Origin: Candidatus Rifleibacteriota bacterium
Lineage (GTDB): Bacteria; Muiribacteriota; Ozemobacteria; Ozemobacterales; Ozemobacteraceae
Length of the DNA: 60,632 nucleotides
Direction: 5' to 3'
Assembly: GCA_051747585.1 (NCBI GenBank)
Contig: JBNJGH010000001.1
Span: 1 to 60,632 of the forward strand
The position numbers and the translations under genes are program-made. Within the stretch, counting starts at the first letter, position 1; each line of letters opens with the position of its first letter. Under the pieces are notes generated by a model. That model was given only the letters and a program-made list of their open reading frames with translations, searched no databases and was not told the DNA's origin. Of this stretch, positions 34,614 through 45,224 are shown one piece after another.

Positions 34614-35957
34614 TCAGGCTGCCTGGTGTTTGAGGTAATACTCAGCTTCGAGTGCGTAATCGGAATTCGGGTCGAGCTGAGTAACTTTTCTGAAGCGGTC
34701 CAATGAAGTCGGGAGTTTGAGTTTGTTTTCAAGCTGACCGAGTTTAAGCAATAATTCCTGGCTTTCCGTTCCCAATTCAATAGCCTTTTTCAAGGCTTCA
34801 TACTGATTTTGCAGATCGCTGGTTTTTTCATAGACCTTTTCAAGTCCGAGATAGGCTTTTACATGATTTTCATTAATCATGAGAGTTCTTTTAAATTCTT
34901 CAATTGCAGCTTTGAATTGGTGGTTGTTAAGATAAATTTCGCCAAGCAATCGGTGTCCTTCCAGATGGCCCGGGTGGGCCCTGAAAAGTCCGTCCAGCGC
35001 TTTTGTTGCACGGCTGAAGTCTTTGAGAGTTACCAGCATTTCTGCATAATTCACCATAAACTCGGGTCTTTGAGGAGCAATTTTACTTAAAAATTTATAG
35101 GAATCTCTGGCAAGATCATATTCTCCGGCAGCTTTATAAATTTCAGCCAGGCTTTTATTATAGGAAATATCGTTTTCTTTAAGAAGAACTAGTCTTTCCA
35201 TGGTAACTATAGCGCGATCGAAATCGTTGAGTTTAAAGTAGCATTGCGCCGAAAGATAAAGAGATTTTTCAAATAATTTTTTGCTGCGACAGGACATCTG
35301 AAAGTAATTGATAGCCATAGTGAATTTATTTTGGCGAAATAGACAACTGGCCAGATTGAAATGCGCATCGAAAGCGCCGGGATTATTTTGGATTATTTTT
35401 CTAAAAAGAACCATGGCTTCATTAAGCTCGTTTCTTTTCATTAAAAGTGTTCCCAGGCCAAACAGAGCTGCCTCGAGATCCGGGTTCGTTTCCAGGATCA
35501 ACTGGTATTGGTTACAGGCGCCTGAGCCATCGCCGTAGCGCTTTAACAAGTCCGCAAGAGCCAGGCGAATCGAAAATTTTTCCGGAGCTGCATTGGCAGC
35601 TCGCATCATAAAGCCGACCTGCTTGTCGGTTATACCTCTGGCTTCATAGAGAGCGGCAAATGTTAGAAAAATAGCGTAATAGCCTGGTTTTACTTCCTGT
35701 GCTCTTTCAAGAAGAAACTCAGCTTCAGAAAACTTATTTTTCTTTATATGACAGGCTGCAAGTTCTGCCATATATAGCGCGTTTTCCGGTTCACGGTTTA
35801 AGATTCTGCGATAGGTTTTTATTGCATCGTCTGTTGCGCCATTTTTCTGGTATAAGCGGGCAAGTCTGAGTAACAATTTAAGATCATCGGGGTTTTCTTC
35901 TGCCTGCTTTTCAAGATTTAAAAGAAAAGCATGCAAGTTTTTAGGTGCCTGCAGCAT
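34614..35957 (-). CDS. Tetratricopeptide repeat protein
   Basis: 447 aa of continuous TPR-like 34-aa units (e.g. NPDLEAALFGLGTLL, NPGAFDAHFNLASCL). Confidence 0.85.
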   Translation of the reverse strand: MLQAPKNLHAFLLNLEKQAEENPDDLKLLLRLARLYQKNGATDDAIKTYRRILNREPENALYMAELAACHIKKNKFSEAEFLLERAQEVKPGYYAIFLTFAALYEARGITDKQVGFMMRAANAAPEKFSIRLALADLLKRYGDGSGACNQYQLILETNPDLEAALFGLGTLLMKRNELNEAMVLFRKIIQNNPGAFDAHFNLASCLFRQNKFTMAINYFQMSCRSKKLFEKSLYLSAQCYFKLNDFDRAIVTMERLVLLKENDISYNKSLAEIYKAAGEYDLARDSYKFLSKIAPQRPEFMVNYAEMLVTLKDFSRATKALDGLFRAHPGHLEGHRLLGEIYLNNHQFKAAIEEFKRTLMINENHVKAYLGLEKVYEKTSDLQNQYEALKKAIELGTESQELLLKLGQLENKLKLPTSLDRFRKVTQLDPNSDYALEAEYYLKHQAA

Positions 35958-35977
35958 AATTTGTTCGCCTCTATAAT

Positions 35978-36643
35978 TTAGTTTTTTTCCAGACTCTGAA
36001 TTTTTTCTACCAGTTCTTTTTTGTTTTCAGCAGAAAAAAATGCAGAACCCATAACTAATATATCGGCACCGGCCTTAACAATTCTTTGTCCATTTTTCAG
36101 GTTTATTCCACCATCTACCTGAATTTCTACATCGAGTTTGCGATTATCAATTATTTTTTTTAATTCTGAAATTTTTTTAAGGGAATTTTCAATGAAAGAT
36201 TGCCCCCCGAATCCCGGGTTTACTGACATTATAAGTACCTGATCGCATTGATCAAGGACATATTCTATGGCAGAAACTGGAGTTTGAGGATTAAGTGTTA
36301 TGCCGGCGGCCAGGCCCATCTGTTTAACGGCGCTGAGGTAGCGGTGAGCATGAGGGCAAGCTTCGATATGAAAAGTAATGCGATCGGCACCGGCATTTTT
36401 ATATTGTTCCAGCCAGCGTTCCGGTTGCTCGATCATAAGATGGACATCAAAGACCATTTTGCTATGTGGCCTGAGTTTTTTTATTACCGGTGGCCCGAAG
36501 GTCATATTGGGAACAAAGTGACCATCCATAACATCCACATGAATCCAATCTGCTTTGACTTCTTCGATAATTTTGAGTTCATTGCCCATGCAGGCAAAGT
36601 CTGCCGAAAGAATAGAAGGTGCTATTTTTACTTTTTTACTCAT
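35978..36643 (-). CDS. rpe: Ribulose-phosphate 3-epimerase
   Basis: IAPSILSADF, HVDVMDGHFVPN, DVHLMI, MSVNPGFGGQ and VDGG motifs. Confidence 0.97.
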   Translation of the reverse strand: MSKKVKIAPSILSADFACMGNELKIIEEVKADWIHVDVMDGHFVPNMTFGPPVIKKLRPHSKMVFDVHLMIEQPERWLEQYKNAGADRITFHIEACPHAHRYLSAVKQMGLAAGITLNPQTPVSAIEYVLDQCDQVLIMSVNPGFGGQSFIENSLKKISELKKIIDNRKLDVEIQVDGGINLKNGQRIVKAGADILVMGSAFFSAENKKELVEKIQSLEKN

Positions 36644-36652
36644 GTAACCAGT

Positions 36653-37855
36653 TTACCAGAAGACAATAAGTAAAATCATTATAATCAGGCAGGAACTCAT
36701 AAAAAGGAGTGGATTTTTCATCCAGTGACCATCTTCTTCGTCGCTCCAAATTTCACCTTTATCCTGGATAACCTGATTATCTGATTTTATAACTTTGAGG
36801 TTGGGTCTTGCTGAATTTTCGGCTTCTGGCTGGAAATTGTTTTCACTTGTATTTTTGGCAACTGCCAGGTTGCCTTCGATTAATCCGGTATCATTTGAGG
36901 TGGTAGAACTGGTTGTTGTTCTGGCATCAATAGCAGCTACTTTAGCGCTTGACGGGTTGGATTTTTTGAATGTCTTTTTTGCAGGCATCGAGGTATTTAC
37001 ATTGGACATGTGACCATTCAAGGCATCGACTACCTGTGAAGCCATCGAAAGCTGTCTGCTCTTTTTGTAGTTTTTTTTGCCACGAATATTGCCTGCCAGG
37101 TCAGCAAGGGCTTTAAGAAATTCTTCATGGCTGTTAAATCTGATTTTCATATTACGGGTAAGGGTTTTGTCAATAAATTCAATCACCTTGTCAATTTGTT
37201 CAGGGGCGAGTTCAGAATGTCTAATTCTTAAAGACTTTTCCAGTTTCATATCCCATAATTCATTTATGCCGCCCCTTTTTCTGATTGGTGAGTCGCCTGC
37301 CAGTAATTCGTAAAAAGTTGTACCAAGAAAGAACAGGTCTGAATGAAGGCCCGAGCTGCTGGTCGCTTTTGTTTTGCCAGCAATTCTGAGTCTCGGATGA
37401 GTAAAAGATAGTACTTTGATTTTGCCGTCTTTATTGCGCAGAACATTGGAGAGCTTAATGGTTCGCTGATGTATTTCTTTGGAGGCAGCATACTGAAGAA
37501 CCGTAGCAAGGTTTTGTATTGTTTTAACTGTGTCGGCAAAACTTATAGTAGATTGTTTGATCCAGCTATGAAGATCCTGGCCTTCAAAAGGTTCGGTAAC
37601 TACATAGGGTTGGTTTTCAATCATATCTATATCGAGAATCTCAGCAACCATTGGATGTGAAATTCCGGCGAAAGATCGGATTTCCTCGCTGAAACGTTTT
37701 ACCCGCTCAGCATTTATTGCCATTTCTTCTTTAAGGATTTTTACTATAACTTCAGTTCCGGTTGCAACCTCAAGAGCTTTAAATATTTCATACATGTGAC
37801 TCTCTGAAACCGGAGCGGTAATTTTATAGCGCTCGCTTATAATTTCACCGATCAT
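36653..37855 (-). CDS. Hanks-type Ser/Thr kinase-like protein (PrkC/PknB-like pseudokinase) with C-terminal TM anchor
   Basis: 'ISERYKI', 'VIVKILK', 'RFSEE...ISHP' and 'SDLFFLGTTFYELLAG' are present, but HRD is QRT and DFG is LSF. Start placed at 37855 (GGAGG upstream); the ORF track gives 37867. Confidence 0.75.
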   Translation of the reverse strand: MIGEIISERYKITAPVSESHMYEIFKALEVATGTEVIVKILKEEMAINAERVKRFSEEIRSFAGISHPMVAEILDIDMIENQPYVVTEPFEGQDLHSWIKQSTISFADTVKTIQNLATVLQYAASKEIHQRTIKLSNVLRNKDGKIKVLSFTHPRLRIAGKTKATSSSGLHSDLFFLGTTFYELLAGDSPIRKRGGINELWDMKLEKSLRIRHSELAPEQIDKVIEFIDKTLTRNMKIRFNSHEEFLKALADLAGNIRGKKNYKKSRQLSMASQVVDALNGHMSNVNTSMPAKKTFKKSNPSSAKVAAIDARTTTSSTTSNDTGLIEGNLAVAKNTSENNFQPEAENSARPNLKVIKSDNQVIQDKGEIWSDEEDGHWMKNPLLFMSSCLIIMILLIVFW

Positions 37856-37875
37856 TTTTGCCTCCATTATTCGCC

Positions 37876-39018
37876 TTATTCAATTTTTCTTTCTTCTATT
37901 GGAACATCGTTAATATAAATCTGTACTTTAGTATTCGGCAGATCAGGTACTTTGACTTTAATCAAATCAAGAGGTTTGTGGGTTCCTGAATAAATCTGTT
38001 GCCTGCCTTCGCTGGTTATATGAATAAATTTTACCTCTTTTGGCATAAACCCGTCGGGCATTACAAAACTGATTTCTTTGGGCATACTACTGCTTGTTAA
38101 TGTCGCGGTTTGCACAGTTTCGGGTTCTTCGTCTTCGTCTTCTGCGATTAAAATTTGGGGCGGCGTTGTTTTTGATTCTGTTGTTTCTTGCTCGGGAACT
38201 TCGGGCGCAGTAGCATCGGCAGAAACTTTGAACTTTTTAAGATCTTCGTCTGTTGCAGTTCCTTCATCGTTGCCGGCAGAAATAAGGAGGCTTATTACAT
38301 CGCCTTTTCTTACCTTTGAATAGGGGGCTGGACTGGTTGAAATAATTTGAAATCTTGGTCTGGATGAATCTTTAACCGAATAAATTCTGCCAAAATTAAA
38401 TCCCAGGGCTTTAAGGCGCTTTTTGCCCTCGTCGAGTGAAGAACCGCTAATATCGGGCAGAATATAATTCGCAGGTCTGTTGCCAAGACTGATAAGCAAG
38501 TCTACAGCCTGATTTACACCATATTCTTCTGAAGGCATGGGTGACTGGGCAACAACCCTGTCGTGTGAAATTTCTTCGGAAAAGATATATGCTTTGTCTC
38601 CCGGTAAAAGCTGAGAGTTAAGCAAAGCAAGGTCGACTTCACGCATACTGTTGCTTTTAAGATCGGGAACAAGAACCTTTTGCTTTCCGAGTGAAATGGA
38701 AAGTTGGATCTTTTTCCCCTGTTTTACCAGAGTTCCGGGCTCTGGATATTGGGCAATGACGTGATCTCTCGGTTGTTGGTCATCAAACTTTTCATCTCGC
38801 CTTACAATTACAAGCCCTTCGGGCTTTGCTTTAAAAACTTCTACGATATGTTTCCCTCTGAAATCAGGAACATCTATGGTGCCGCCACGATTGAAGAATT
38901 CATTTAATTTATTATATGCAAAATAAATACCGCTCATGACTACTATTGCCAGAACAGTCATTAGAATAGTTATCTTGAAAAGTATTGATACACATGATTC
39001 ACTGTTTTTTTTACTCAT
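37876..39018 (-). CDS. Membrane-anchored protein with three PASTA domains
   Basis: N-terminal TM, then VPDFRGK..VIAQYPEPG, VPDLKSN..VVAQSP and LPDISG..IISTSP. Start placed at ATG 39018; the ORF track gives 39048. Confidence 0.85.
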   Translation of the reverse strand: MSKKNSESCVSILFKITILMTVLAIVVMSGIYFAYNKLNEFFNRGGTIDVPDFRGKHIVEVFKAKPEGLVIVRRDEKFDDQQPRDHVIAQYPEPGTLVKQGKKIQLSISLGKQKVLVPDLKSNSMREVDLALLNSQLLPGDKAYIFSEEISHDRVVAQSPMPSEEYGVNQAVDLLISLGNRPANYILPDISGSSLDEGKKRLKALGFNFGRIYSVKDSSRPRFQIISTSPAPYSKVRKGDVISLLISAGNDEGTATDEDLKKFKVSADATAPEVPEQETTESKTTPPQILIAEDEDEEPETVQTATLTSSSMPKEISFVMPDGFMPKEVKFIHITSEGRQQIYSGTHKPLDLIKVKVPDLPNTKVQIYINDVPIEERKIE

Positions 39019-40084
39019 AACTATTGTTTTTATCTGACAACTGCCCACAGGCAGCCAGAATGTCGCTTCCTTTAGAGTTTCTTATTGTTACCGGTATGCC
39101 GGATTTTTTCAGGATTTTACGAAATTCTTTCTCATTTTCTTTGCTGGATGGAACAAAATCCGAATTCGGGAAAGGGTTGAATCTGACCAGATTCACATGG
39201 CAGATGAGGCCCTGACAAAAATTTGCCAGATTTCTGGCGTCGTTTTCCTGATCGTTAACTTTATCGATTAAAACTATTTCGAACGTTACCCGTCTGCCGG
39301 TAATGTCGCAGTATTCTTCAATTGCCTGTCTTAACCTGTTCAAAGGGTATTTGCGATTAATTGGAACAAGCCGGGTGCGGTTTTGATCATTTACACTATG
39401 TAGTGAAACGGCCAGATTAACTTCACCAGGTCTGTCGATAAGGTCGTAAATTCCATCTATGATGCCTGAGGTTGATATGGTGATTCGTCTGGTTGCCATT
39501 CCAAGACCATTTTTTTCGGTTAATTTTGTTATTGCGGCAAAAACCGACTTTTTATTGAGAAAAGGCTCTCCCATGCCCATAAAAACTATATTGGTTGGTT
39601 TCCTGCCGGTCTGATTTATAAGCATCATTACCTGAAGAATAATTTCCTCGCCGGTTAAATTCCTTTTGAAGCCACTATGACCGGTATTGCAGAAAGCGCA
39701 ACCAACAGGGCAACCTACCTGGCTTGACAGGCAGAAAGTAAGAGAATTGTCGTCGGGAATAGCTACTGCTTCGACCTGATATTGGTCTTCAAGCCCGACA
39801 AGAATTTTAATCGTGCCATCTTTCGAGTAGGCTGTATTTTTTACGGGCGGAAGTATAGATGGAAATTTATTTTGTAAAATAGCCCTGTCTTCTTTTGACA
39901 GATTTGTCATTTTATCAAAAGAAAAAACAAACTTGGAGAATACCCATTCCCATACCTGCTTCGCCCGGAAAGCAGGCATTCCAAGATCGTTTATGATCTT
40001 TTTAAAATCTGAATATGTGTAAGCTAACAAGCTTTTATAAGACACTTTTAGTAACCTCTGACTATACATCGGCATAGCAGACAA
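39011..40084 (-). CDS. rlmN: Dual-specificity RNA methyltransferase RlmN (radical SAM)
   Basis: CLSSQVGCPVGCAFCNTG, VFMGMGEP, LAVSLH and DILAACGQL. The true start may be GTG at 40045. Confidence 0.95.
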   Translation of the reverse strand: MSAMPMYSQRLLKVSYKSLLAYTYSDFKKIINDLGMPAFRAKQVWEWVFSKFVFSFDKMTNLSKEDRAILQNKFPSILPPVKNTAYSKDGTIKILVGLEDQYQVEAVAIPDDNSLTFCLSSQVGCPVGCAFCNTGHSGFKRNLTGEEIILQVMMLINQTGRKPTNIVFMGMGEPFLNKKSVFAAITKLTEKNGLGMATRRITISTSGIIDGIYDLIDRPGEVNLAVSLHSVNDQNRTRLVPINRKYPLNRLRQAIEEYCDITGRRVTFEIVLIDKVNDQENDARNLANFCQGLICHVNLVRFNPFPNSDFVPSSKENEKEFRKILKKSGIPVTIRNSKGSDILAACGQLSDKNNSYE

Positions 40085-40140
40085 AAGTTCTGAAAACTTT
40101 CTTTGAACAGGTTAATAAGGTGCAGGTTACAAGAGAAAAA

Positions 40141-41679
40141 TTAACGAAGATTGAATTTATCAAGCATATCGCTCATAAGTTGAACCAGGGTTAGCAGTTC
40201 TTTGGTTGCTGCCATGTATTGCCTTATCTGAGATAATTGCTCTTTAACCGCTGAGGCAACTCTTTGGGTGCCTTCAGAAGTGATCTTGGTGGCGTTGGTT
40301 ATGCTTTCAATACTGCCTCTAAGTGAATCAATGTTTTGTGATTGTTCGGTACTTGCTTCACTTATATCTTGAATCATGCGGTTAACATTCATTACCGAGC
40401 TGACGATTTTATCCAGGTTATTACCGGCTACATTCGCAATGTTAACCCCGTCAATAACCTTTGAAGCGCCGCGGTTAATTGTTTCAACCGCTTTGCCGGT
40501 TTTTAAAAGCATTTCTTTGATTTTTTTGCCAATGTCTTCGGCTGCTTCGCCGGATTCTTCGGCAAGCTTTCTAACTTCGCCTGCTACTACAGTAAAGCCT
40601 TGCCCGTGCTCACCTGCTCTTGCCGCTTCAATAGCTGCGTTGAGCGCCAGCAGGTTGGTCTGGTAGGCGATATTTGTAATAGTGTTAACAATTTCACCAA
40701 TCTGTTTTCCGGCAGAGTTGAGGTTTTCAATAACGTCTTCAAGACCGAGAACCTCGTCTTTAATGGTTTCCATCGTATCAATTGTTTCACTTACTGCATT
40801 TTTGCCTTCGGATGCAATTGCTGCAGCTTCTGCCGAGTCGGTAGCGGCTTCCTGTGAACGGTCGGCAATTGTCTGGGCAGATGCTGAAACTTCCTGTATG
40901 TGGGAAGTTGTCGATTCCAGGGTATTGGCAATATAGTTTGAACTCCTGGATATTTCCTGAACATCGGTAAAAAATTGCCGTATATTTTCGTCTGAAAAAG
41001 CTACCATGCCTGTTAAAGGCTCAAGTTTGCGATTAAGTTCCTGGGCAATAGAATAGGTTTCATTAAGAATTGTTTTGGCAGTAGCCAGGAACCCTTCAAA
41101 CTGAATTGCGCATTCGAGCATATCTGCTTGCCCGGCTTCGTCAGTGTCGTTCTGGAAAACTTTTAATTTGTCTACTACATCTTTAATGGGCAGAGAAATA
41201 CGGTTCATAAAGAGCCACAACAAAACTAAGGACAGAGGAACAAAAGCTACGGAACCCATATAGAAATAGCGTGCAAAAGCTTCGAGGTTTTGTACAGCAT
41301 TATCGAGTGTTTCGAGTTGTGTTGATTTGCTTTCTATGAAGTCGTCAAGAATGGCAGCATTCTGTGCTTTAATTTCAAGAGCAACTCTGGCTTCTTTTAT
41401 TTTTCTCTGCTTGATCTGCTCAAGATCTCCAGTGGTTGGTGTGGCAACGCTGCTAGCCGGTCTGAAGTCCTCAAGGGGGGCATCTTGCAGCTCAATGACG
41501 TCGATAGTTTCGCCCGATTGATCTAACTGCATGGCCGTATTTTTTGTTCCGGTAATTACATGTCTGGTAGTAAAAATACGTTTGCAGTAATGAAATATAT
41601 AGTTGGCGCTGATCACGGGAATCAACACCAGAATAAGCATTAATAGAGTTATTTTATATTGTAAAGGTACCTTGTTCAT
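40141..41679 (-). CDS. Methyl-accepting chemotaxis protein
   Basis: Two TM segments and the signalling hairpin IAYQTNLLALNAAIEAARAGEHGQGFTVVAGEVRKLAEES. Confidence 0.93.
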   Translation of the reverse strand: MNKVPLQYKITLLMLILVLIPVISANYIFHYCKRIFTTRHVITGTKNTAMQLDQSGETIDVIELQDAPLEDFRPASSVATPTTGDLEQIKQRKIKEARVALEIKAQNAAILDDFIESKSTQLETLDNAVQNLEAFARYFYMGSVAFVPLSLVLLWLFMNRISLPIKDVVDKLKVFQNDTDEAGQADMLECAIQFEGFLATAKTILNETYSIAQELNRKLEPLTGMVAFSDENIRQFFTDVQEISRSSNYIANTLESTTSHIQEVSASAQTIADRSQEAATDSAEAAAIASEGKNAVSETIDTMETIKDEVLGLEDVIENLNSAGKQIGEIVNTITNIAYQTNLLALNAAIEAARAGEHGQGFTVVAGEVRKLAEESGEAAEDIGKKIKEMLLKTGKAVETINRGASKVIDGVNIANVAGNNLDKIVSSVMNVNRMIQDISEASTEQSQNIDSLRGSIESITNATKITSEGTQRVASAVKEQLSQIRQYMAATKELLTLVQLMSDMLDKFNLR

Positions 41680-41751
41680 AGTAATTAATAATTAAGCAGC
41701 ATTATACTAACACAGATCGTTGTTTTGGTCAGCTATGTTGTTGTAAATCAA

Positions 41752-41778
41752 TAATCGACAAAGTTGGGTGATTTTTCA
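41752..41778 (-). promoter_or_regulatory. Possible sigma28-type promoter for the MCP
   Basis: The minus strand reads TGAA-N15-GTCGATTA. MCP genes are typical sigma28 targets. Confidence 0.35.
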
Positions 41779-41779
41779 A

Positions 41780-42388
41780 TCATAGGTCTAATTTAATTGA
41801 ACCCTGTCTTAAAACTTTGTAATTTTGTCCGGACATATCGACAACGGTTGAAGGGATGGCTTCAGGCAGAACGCCGTCTTCGATCAACCATTCTATTTCG
41901 TTTTTAAATTCATTGAATAAATTTTCCGGATCAGGGTCTGATGGCAGACCAGATCGATTTGCACTTGTAGTTAAAAGATTGCCCGGATATTTTTGCAGCA
42001 GCTGCAAAAGAAAGTAATGATCAGGTATTCGTATGCCGATTGTCGGGTGGGTGAAACCCGCAAGCTTTTGTGGAAAACAGAACGGGAAAATAGCGGTTAG
42101 GGCTCCGGGCCAGTATTTTTTCAAGATTTTGTTCTGCTTCATATCAGGTGAAATTTTAAAGCTTTTTAATTCTTCAAAGTTGTTTAGAAAAAGAATAAGC
42201 GGTTTTCGGGCATCGCGATTTTTAATTTCATAAACTTTTGTTACCGCTTCAGGTAGGTTCCCGTCTACTGCAATTCCATAGAGAGTATCCGTAGGAATTA
42301 TTGCAGCAGCTCCAGCTTCTAAATCGGAAACAAATTTTTCAAGAAGTTCCGGGTCTGTAAGTAAATTTTCAATTTTTATTCTTTTCAT
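41780..42388 (-). CDS. tsaC: L-threonylcarbamoyladenylate synthase (TsaC/YrdC/Sua5 family)
   Basis: PTDTLYG, IKNRDARKPL, YWPGALT, IGIRIP, TTSANRSG and PSTVVD motifs. Downstream of prmC. Confidence 0.92.
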   Translation of the reverse strand: MKRIKIENLLTDPELLEKFVSDLEAGAAAIIPTDTLYGIAVDGNLPEAVTKVYEIKNRDARKPLILFLNNFEELKSFKISPDMKQNKILKKYWPGALTAIFPFCFPQKLAGFTHPTIGIRIPDHYFLLQLLQKYPGNLLTTSANRSGLPSDPDPENLFNEFKNEIEWLIEDGVLPEAIPSTVVDMSGQNYKVLRQGSIKLDL

Positions 42389-43250
42389 GGTTTATTTTTT
42401 TTAAAATTATGAATCTTTCTTTGCCGCAAAGGTCGTCTGCAGCTTTTAATAATGAAAACTCCGTATGCTGTTCAATTATATTTATTATTTTATTTTGTTG
42501 CCCATGCCCATGTTCAAATATAAGCAAACCCTGTTTTTTTAGAACTTTTTTGGATTCCTTTATAAGACGAGCTATAATTTCAAGTCCATTTGTACCACCT
42601 TTAAGCGCTATTGGAGGTTCATAGTCACGAACTTCCGGCATCAGTTCAGCCATTTCATGGTCAGCTATATAGGGCGGGTTTGAAATTACAATATCGAGGC
42701 TTTCGGCCGAAAAAGTTGAAAGAAGATCACAACATAAAACGGCAGTATTTTGTTTTGTTGAATTTAACTTAATATTTTGTTTGCATAATTCAAGAGCAGG
42801 TATAGATATATCTGTAAGCCAGCCGCTGGCTTTTTTAAAAATTCTGGCGATTGCAATTCCCAGTATTCCGCTGCCTGTGCAGACATCTGCAAAAAAGAAA
42901 TTTGAAGGCCAGTCTTGCTCTTTTAGAATATTTACCAGCTCAAGAAGCATTTCTTCGCTTTCAGGTCTTGGAATTAAGGCATTTTTGCTGACATTAACTT
43001 CAAAATCAAGAAATTGCCAGGTTGTCAGTATATGCTGAAGCGGCTCGTGTCTGCATCTTCTTGCTATCTTTGCCTGGAAGTCGGTAACAAAAGTCTGGTC
43101 TGGAATATCCGGCCACAAAAGCGGCAGCTTACCAGGGTCACAATTTAATAAATGAGCGGCTATTAAATTGGTGTTAAAAACAGGGTCTTCAATGTCAGCT
43201 GCTTTTAGCTTTTGTCTTGCGGCAATTAATATTTGATGCAGGTTTTTCAT
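42369..43250 (-). CDS. prmC: Release factor glutamine methyltransferase
   Basis: RRCRHEPLQHI, LIPRPESE, DVCTGSG, SNPPYI and EPPIALKGG. Follows prfA. Confidence 0.95.
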   Translation of the reverse strand: MKNLHQILIAARQKLKAADIEDPVFNTNLIAAHLLNCDPGKLPLLWPDIPDQTFVTDFQAKIARRCRHEPLQHILTTWQFLDFEVNVSKNALIPRPESEEMLLELVNILKEQDWPSNFFFADVCTGSGILGIAIARIFKKASGWLTDISIPALELCKQNIKLNSTKQNTAVLCCDLLSTFSAESLDIVISNPPYIADHEMAELMPEVRDYEPPIALKGGTNGLEIIARLIKESKKVLKKQGLLIFEHGHGQQNKIINIIEQHTEFSLLKAADDLCGKERFIILKKINHEKNKN

Positions 43251-43261
43251 TTTCAGGGAAG

Positions 43262-44338
43262 TTACAGCATTTCTTCCTGGGCCGAAAGCTTGCTGAGGTT
43301 ATCTGCTTCAATAAGCTGATTAATTACCTCATCAAGGTCACCTTCAATAATTTCATTGAGTTTATAAAGTGTCAGGCCGATTCTATGGTCAGTCAGTCTT
43401 TGTTGCGGAAAGTTATAAGTTCGTATTCTTTCGGAACGGTCGCCGCTGCCAACCTGGCTTTTTCGGGCTTGTGCCCGGTCTTTATCCTGTTGCATTCTTG
43501 CATTGTCGAGCAGGCGGGCTTTTAAGATGCGCATGCCTTTTGCCTTGTTTTTATGCTGGCTTTTTTCATCTTGACAGCTTACTGTGATGCCGGTCGGAAC
43601 ATGGGTAATTCTTACCGCTGAATCGGTTGTGTTAACACTTTGGCCCCCGGGTCCGGATGAGCGGAAAACATCGATTTTTAAATCATTATCATCGATTTTT
43701 ACATCGACATCACCTGCTTCAGGCAAAACTGCAACTGTGGCGGCCGATGTGTGAACCCTGCCGGACGCTTCTGTTTGCGGAACTCGCTGGACTCTATGAA
43801 CCCCGCTTTCAAATTTGAGTTTTCCGAACACGCCGTTGCCTTGAATAGAGAAAACTACTTCTTTTATACCGCCGATACCAGTGTCGTTTATGCTCATGAG
43901 TTCAGTTTTCCAGCCACGGTTTTCGGCATATCGGCTGTACATACGATATAAATCTGCAGCAAACAAAGCCGCCTCATCGCCTCCTGTGCCTGCACGAATT
44001 TCAATAATGGTATTTTTTGAATCATCAGCATCTTTAGGAATCAGAAGCATTTTGAGCTTTTCTTTGAGATCTATTACCTCGGGTTCAAGCTCTTCAATCT
44101 CAAGCTCTGCCATTTGCAGCATTTCCGGGTCTTTTTCGCTTTTAAGAAGATCTCTGGCGTCTTCCAGTCCGGTGAGCTTTTCTTTATAGAGGTCATAGGC
44201 TTCAACTATTGGTTCTAATTCGGACCTTTTTATTGCGATTTTTTGAAACTCAGCCTGATTGGCAATAGTAGCAGGGTCTGATAATTTATCAGTTAATTCT
44301 TTGAAATTTTCTTTTATTGCTTCAAGCTTCTCGAGCAT
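43262..44338 (-). CDS. prfA: Peptide chain release factor 1
   Basis: [19 protein letters not shown] (PxT), GPGGQSVN and [12 protein letters not shown]. Confidence 0.98.
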   Translation of the reverse strand: MLEKLEAIKENFKELTDKLSDPATIANQAEFQKIAIKRSELEPIVEAYDLYKEKLTGLEDARDLLKSEKDPEMLQMAELEIEELEPEVIDLKEKLKMLLIPKDADDSKNTIIEIRAGTGGDEAALFAADLYRMYSRYAENRGWKTELMSINDTGIGGIKEVVFSIQGNGVFGKLKFESGVHRVQRVPQTEASGRVHTSAATVAVLPEAGDVDVKIDDNDLKIDVFRSSGPGGQSVNTTDSAVRITHVPTGITVSCQDEKSQHKNKAKGMRILKARLLDNARMQQDKDRAQARKSQVGSGDRSERIRTYNFPQQRLTDHRIGLTLYKLNEIIEGDLDEVINQLIEADNLSKLSAQEEML

Positions 44339-44343
44339 ATTAA

Positions 44344-45159
44344 TTAGAGCCTTTCAAGCATTCGTCTAAGCAATTCAAGAAAAGCGGGCTGAGCGGCAGC
44401 GGCGGCGGCAATAACATCTTCATGATTTACATCTTCATGACCTTCGCCGGTAGCCATGTCTGTGACACAGCTTATTCCCAGGATTCTATTGATTCCGCCA
44501 TGAACTGCAACCAGTACTTCTGGTACGGTTGACATTCCAACTGTGTCAGCACCTAAGGTTTTGAAAGCTCTAAGCTCTGCTGCTGTCTCATAGTTAGGGC
44601 CACTTACGGCGACATAAACGCCGCGCTGAACCGGTGCGCCTATCTCTCGGCCTATTTTCATCGCAGCTTCAACCAGCTCTGGTGTATAAACCCCCTGCAT
44701 TGGTGGGAATCTGGTGCCCAGGCTGTCATCGTTTGGCCCGATAAGAGGATTGTCGCCCATGTGATTCATATGGTCGGTCATAATCATAAGATCGCCGACT
44801 TTAAAATTGCGGTTCAAGCCTCCCGAAGCATTCGTTATGATCAGATCTTTTATGCCCAGAGCAAGGAAGACCCGCATGGGAAAGGTAATTTCTTTCATGG
44901 AATAGCCTTCATAGTAATGAAAGCGACCCTGCATTGCTACGACCTGTTTGCCGCTTTTACTTCCAATTACCAGTTGTCCCGCATGCCCTTTGACGGTAGA
45001 CACAGGAAAATTTGGAATCTCGTTGTATGGAATTTTAACAGGATTTTCAAGCTCTTCGGCAAATTTGCCGAGGCCTGAGCCAAGTATGAGGGCTACTGTT
45101 GGTTGCTGACTGATTTTATTTTTAATAAAATCTGCGGCTTTATTAATTTGTTCTTTCAT
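44344..45159 (-). CDS. punA: Purine nucleoside phosphorylase (trimeric, PNP I family)
   Basis: [36 protein letters not shown] and VGMSTVPE. Confidence 0.93.
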   Translation of the reverse strand: MKEQINKAADFIKNKISQQPTVALILGSGLGKFAEELENPVKIPYNEIPNFPVSTVKGHAGQLVIGSKSGKQVVAMQGRFHYYEGYSMKEITFPMRVFLALGIKDLIITNASGGLNRNFKVGDLMIMTDHMNHMGDNPLIGPNDDSLGTRFPPMQGVYTPELVEAAMKIGREIGAPVQRGVYVAVSGPNYETAAELRAFKTLGADTVGMSTVPEVLVAVHGGINRILGISCVTDMATGEGHEDVNHEDVIAAAAAAQPAFLELLRRMLERL

Positions 45160-45224
45160 TTTTCACCTTGCATTATTCATTTATCAGCCTGCAAAGTATC
45201 ATTTAACGCCGCTCTTGTCAATTT

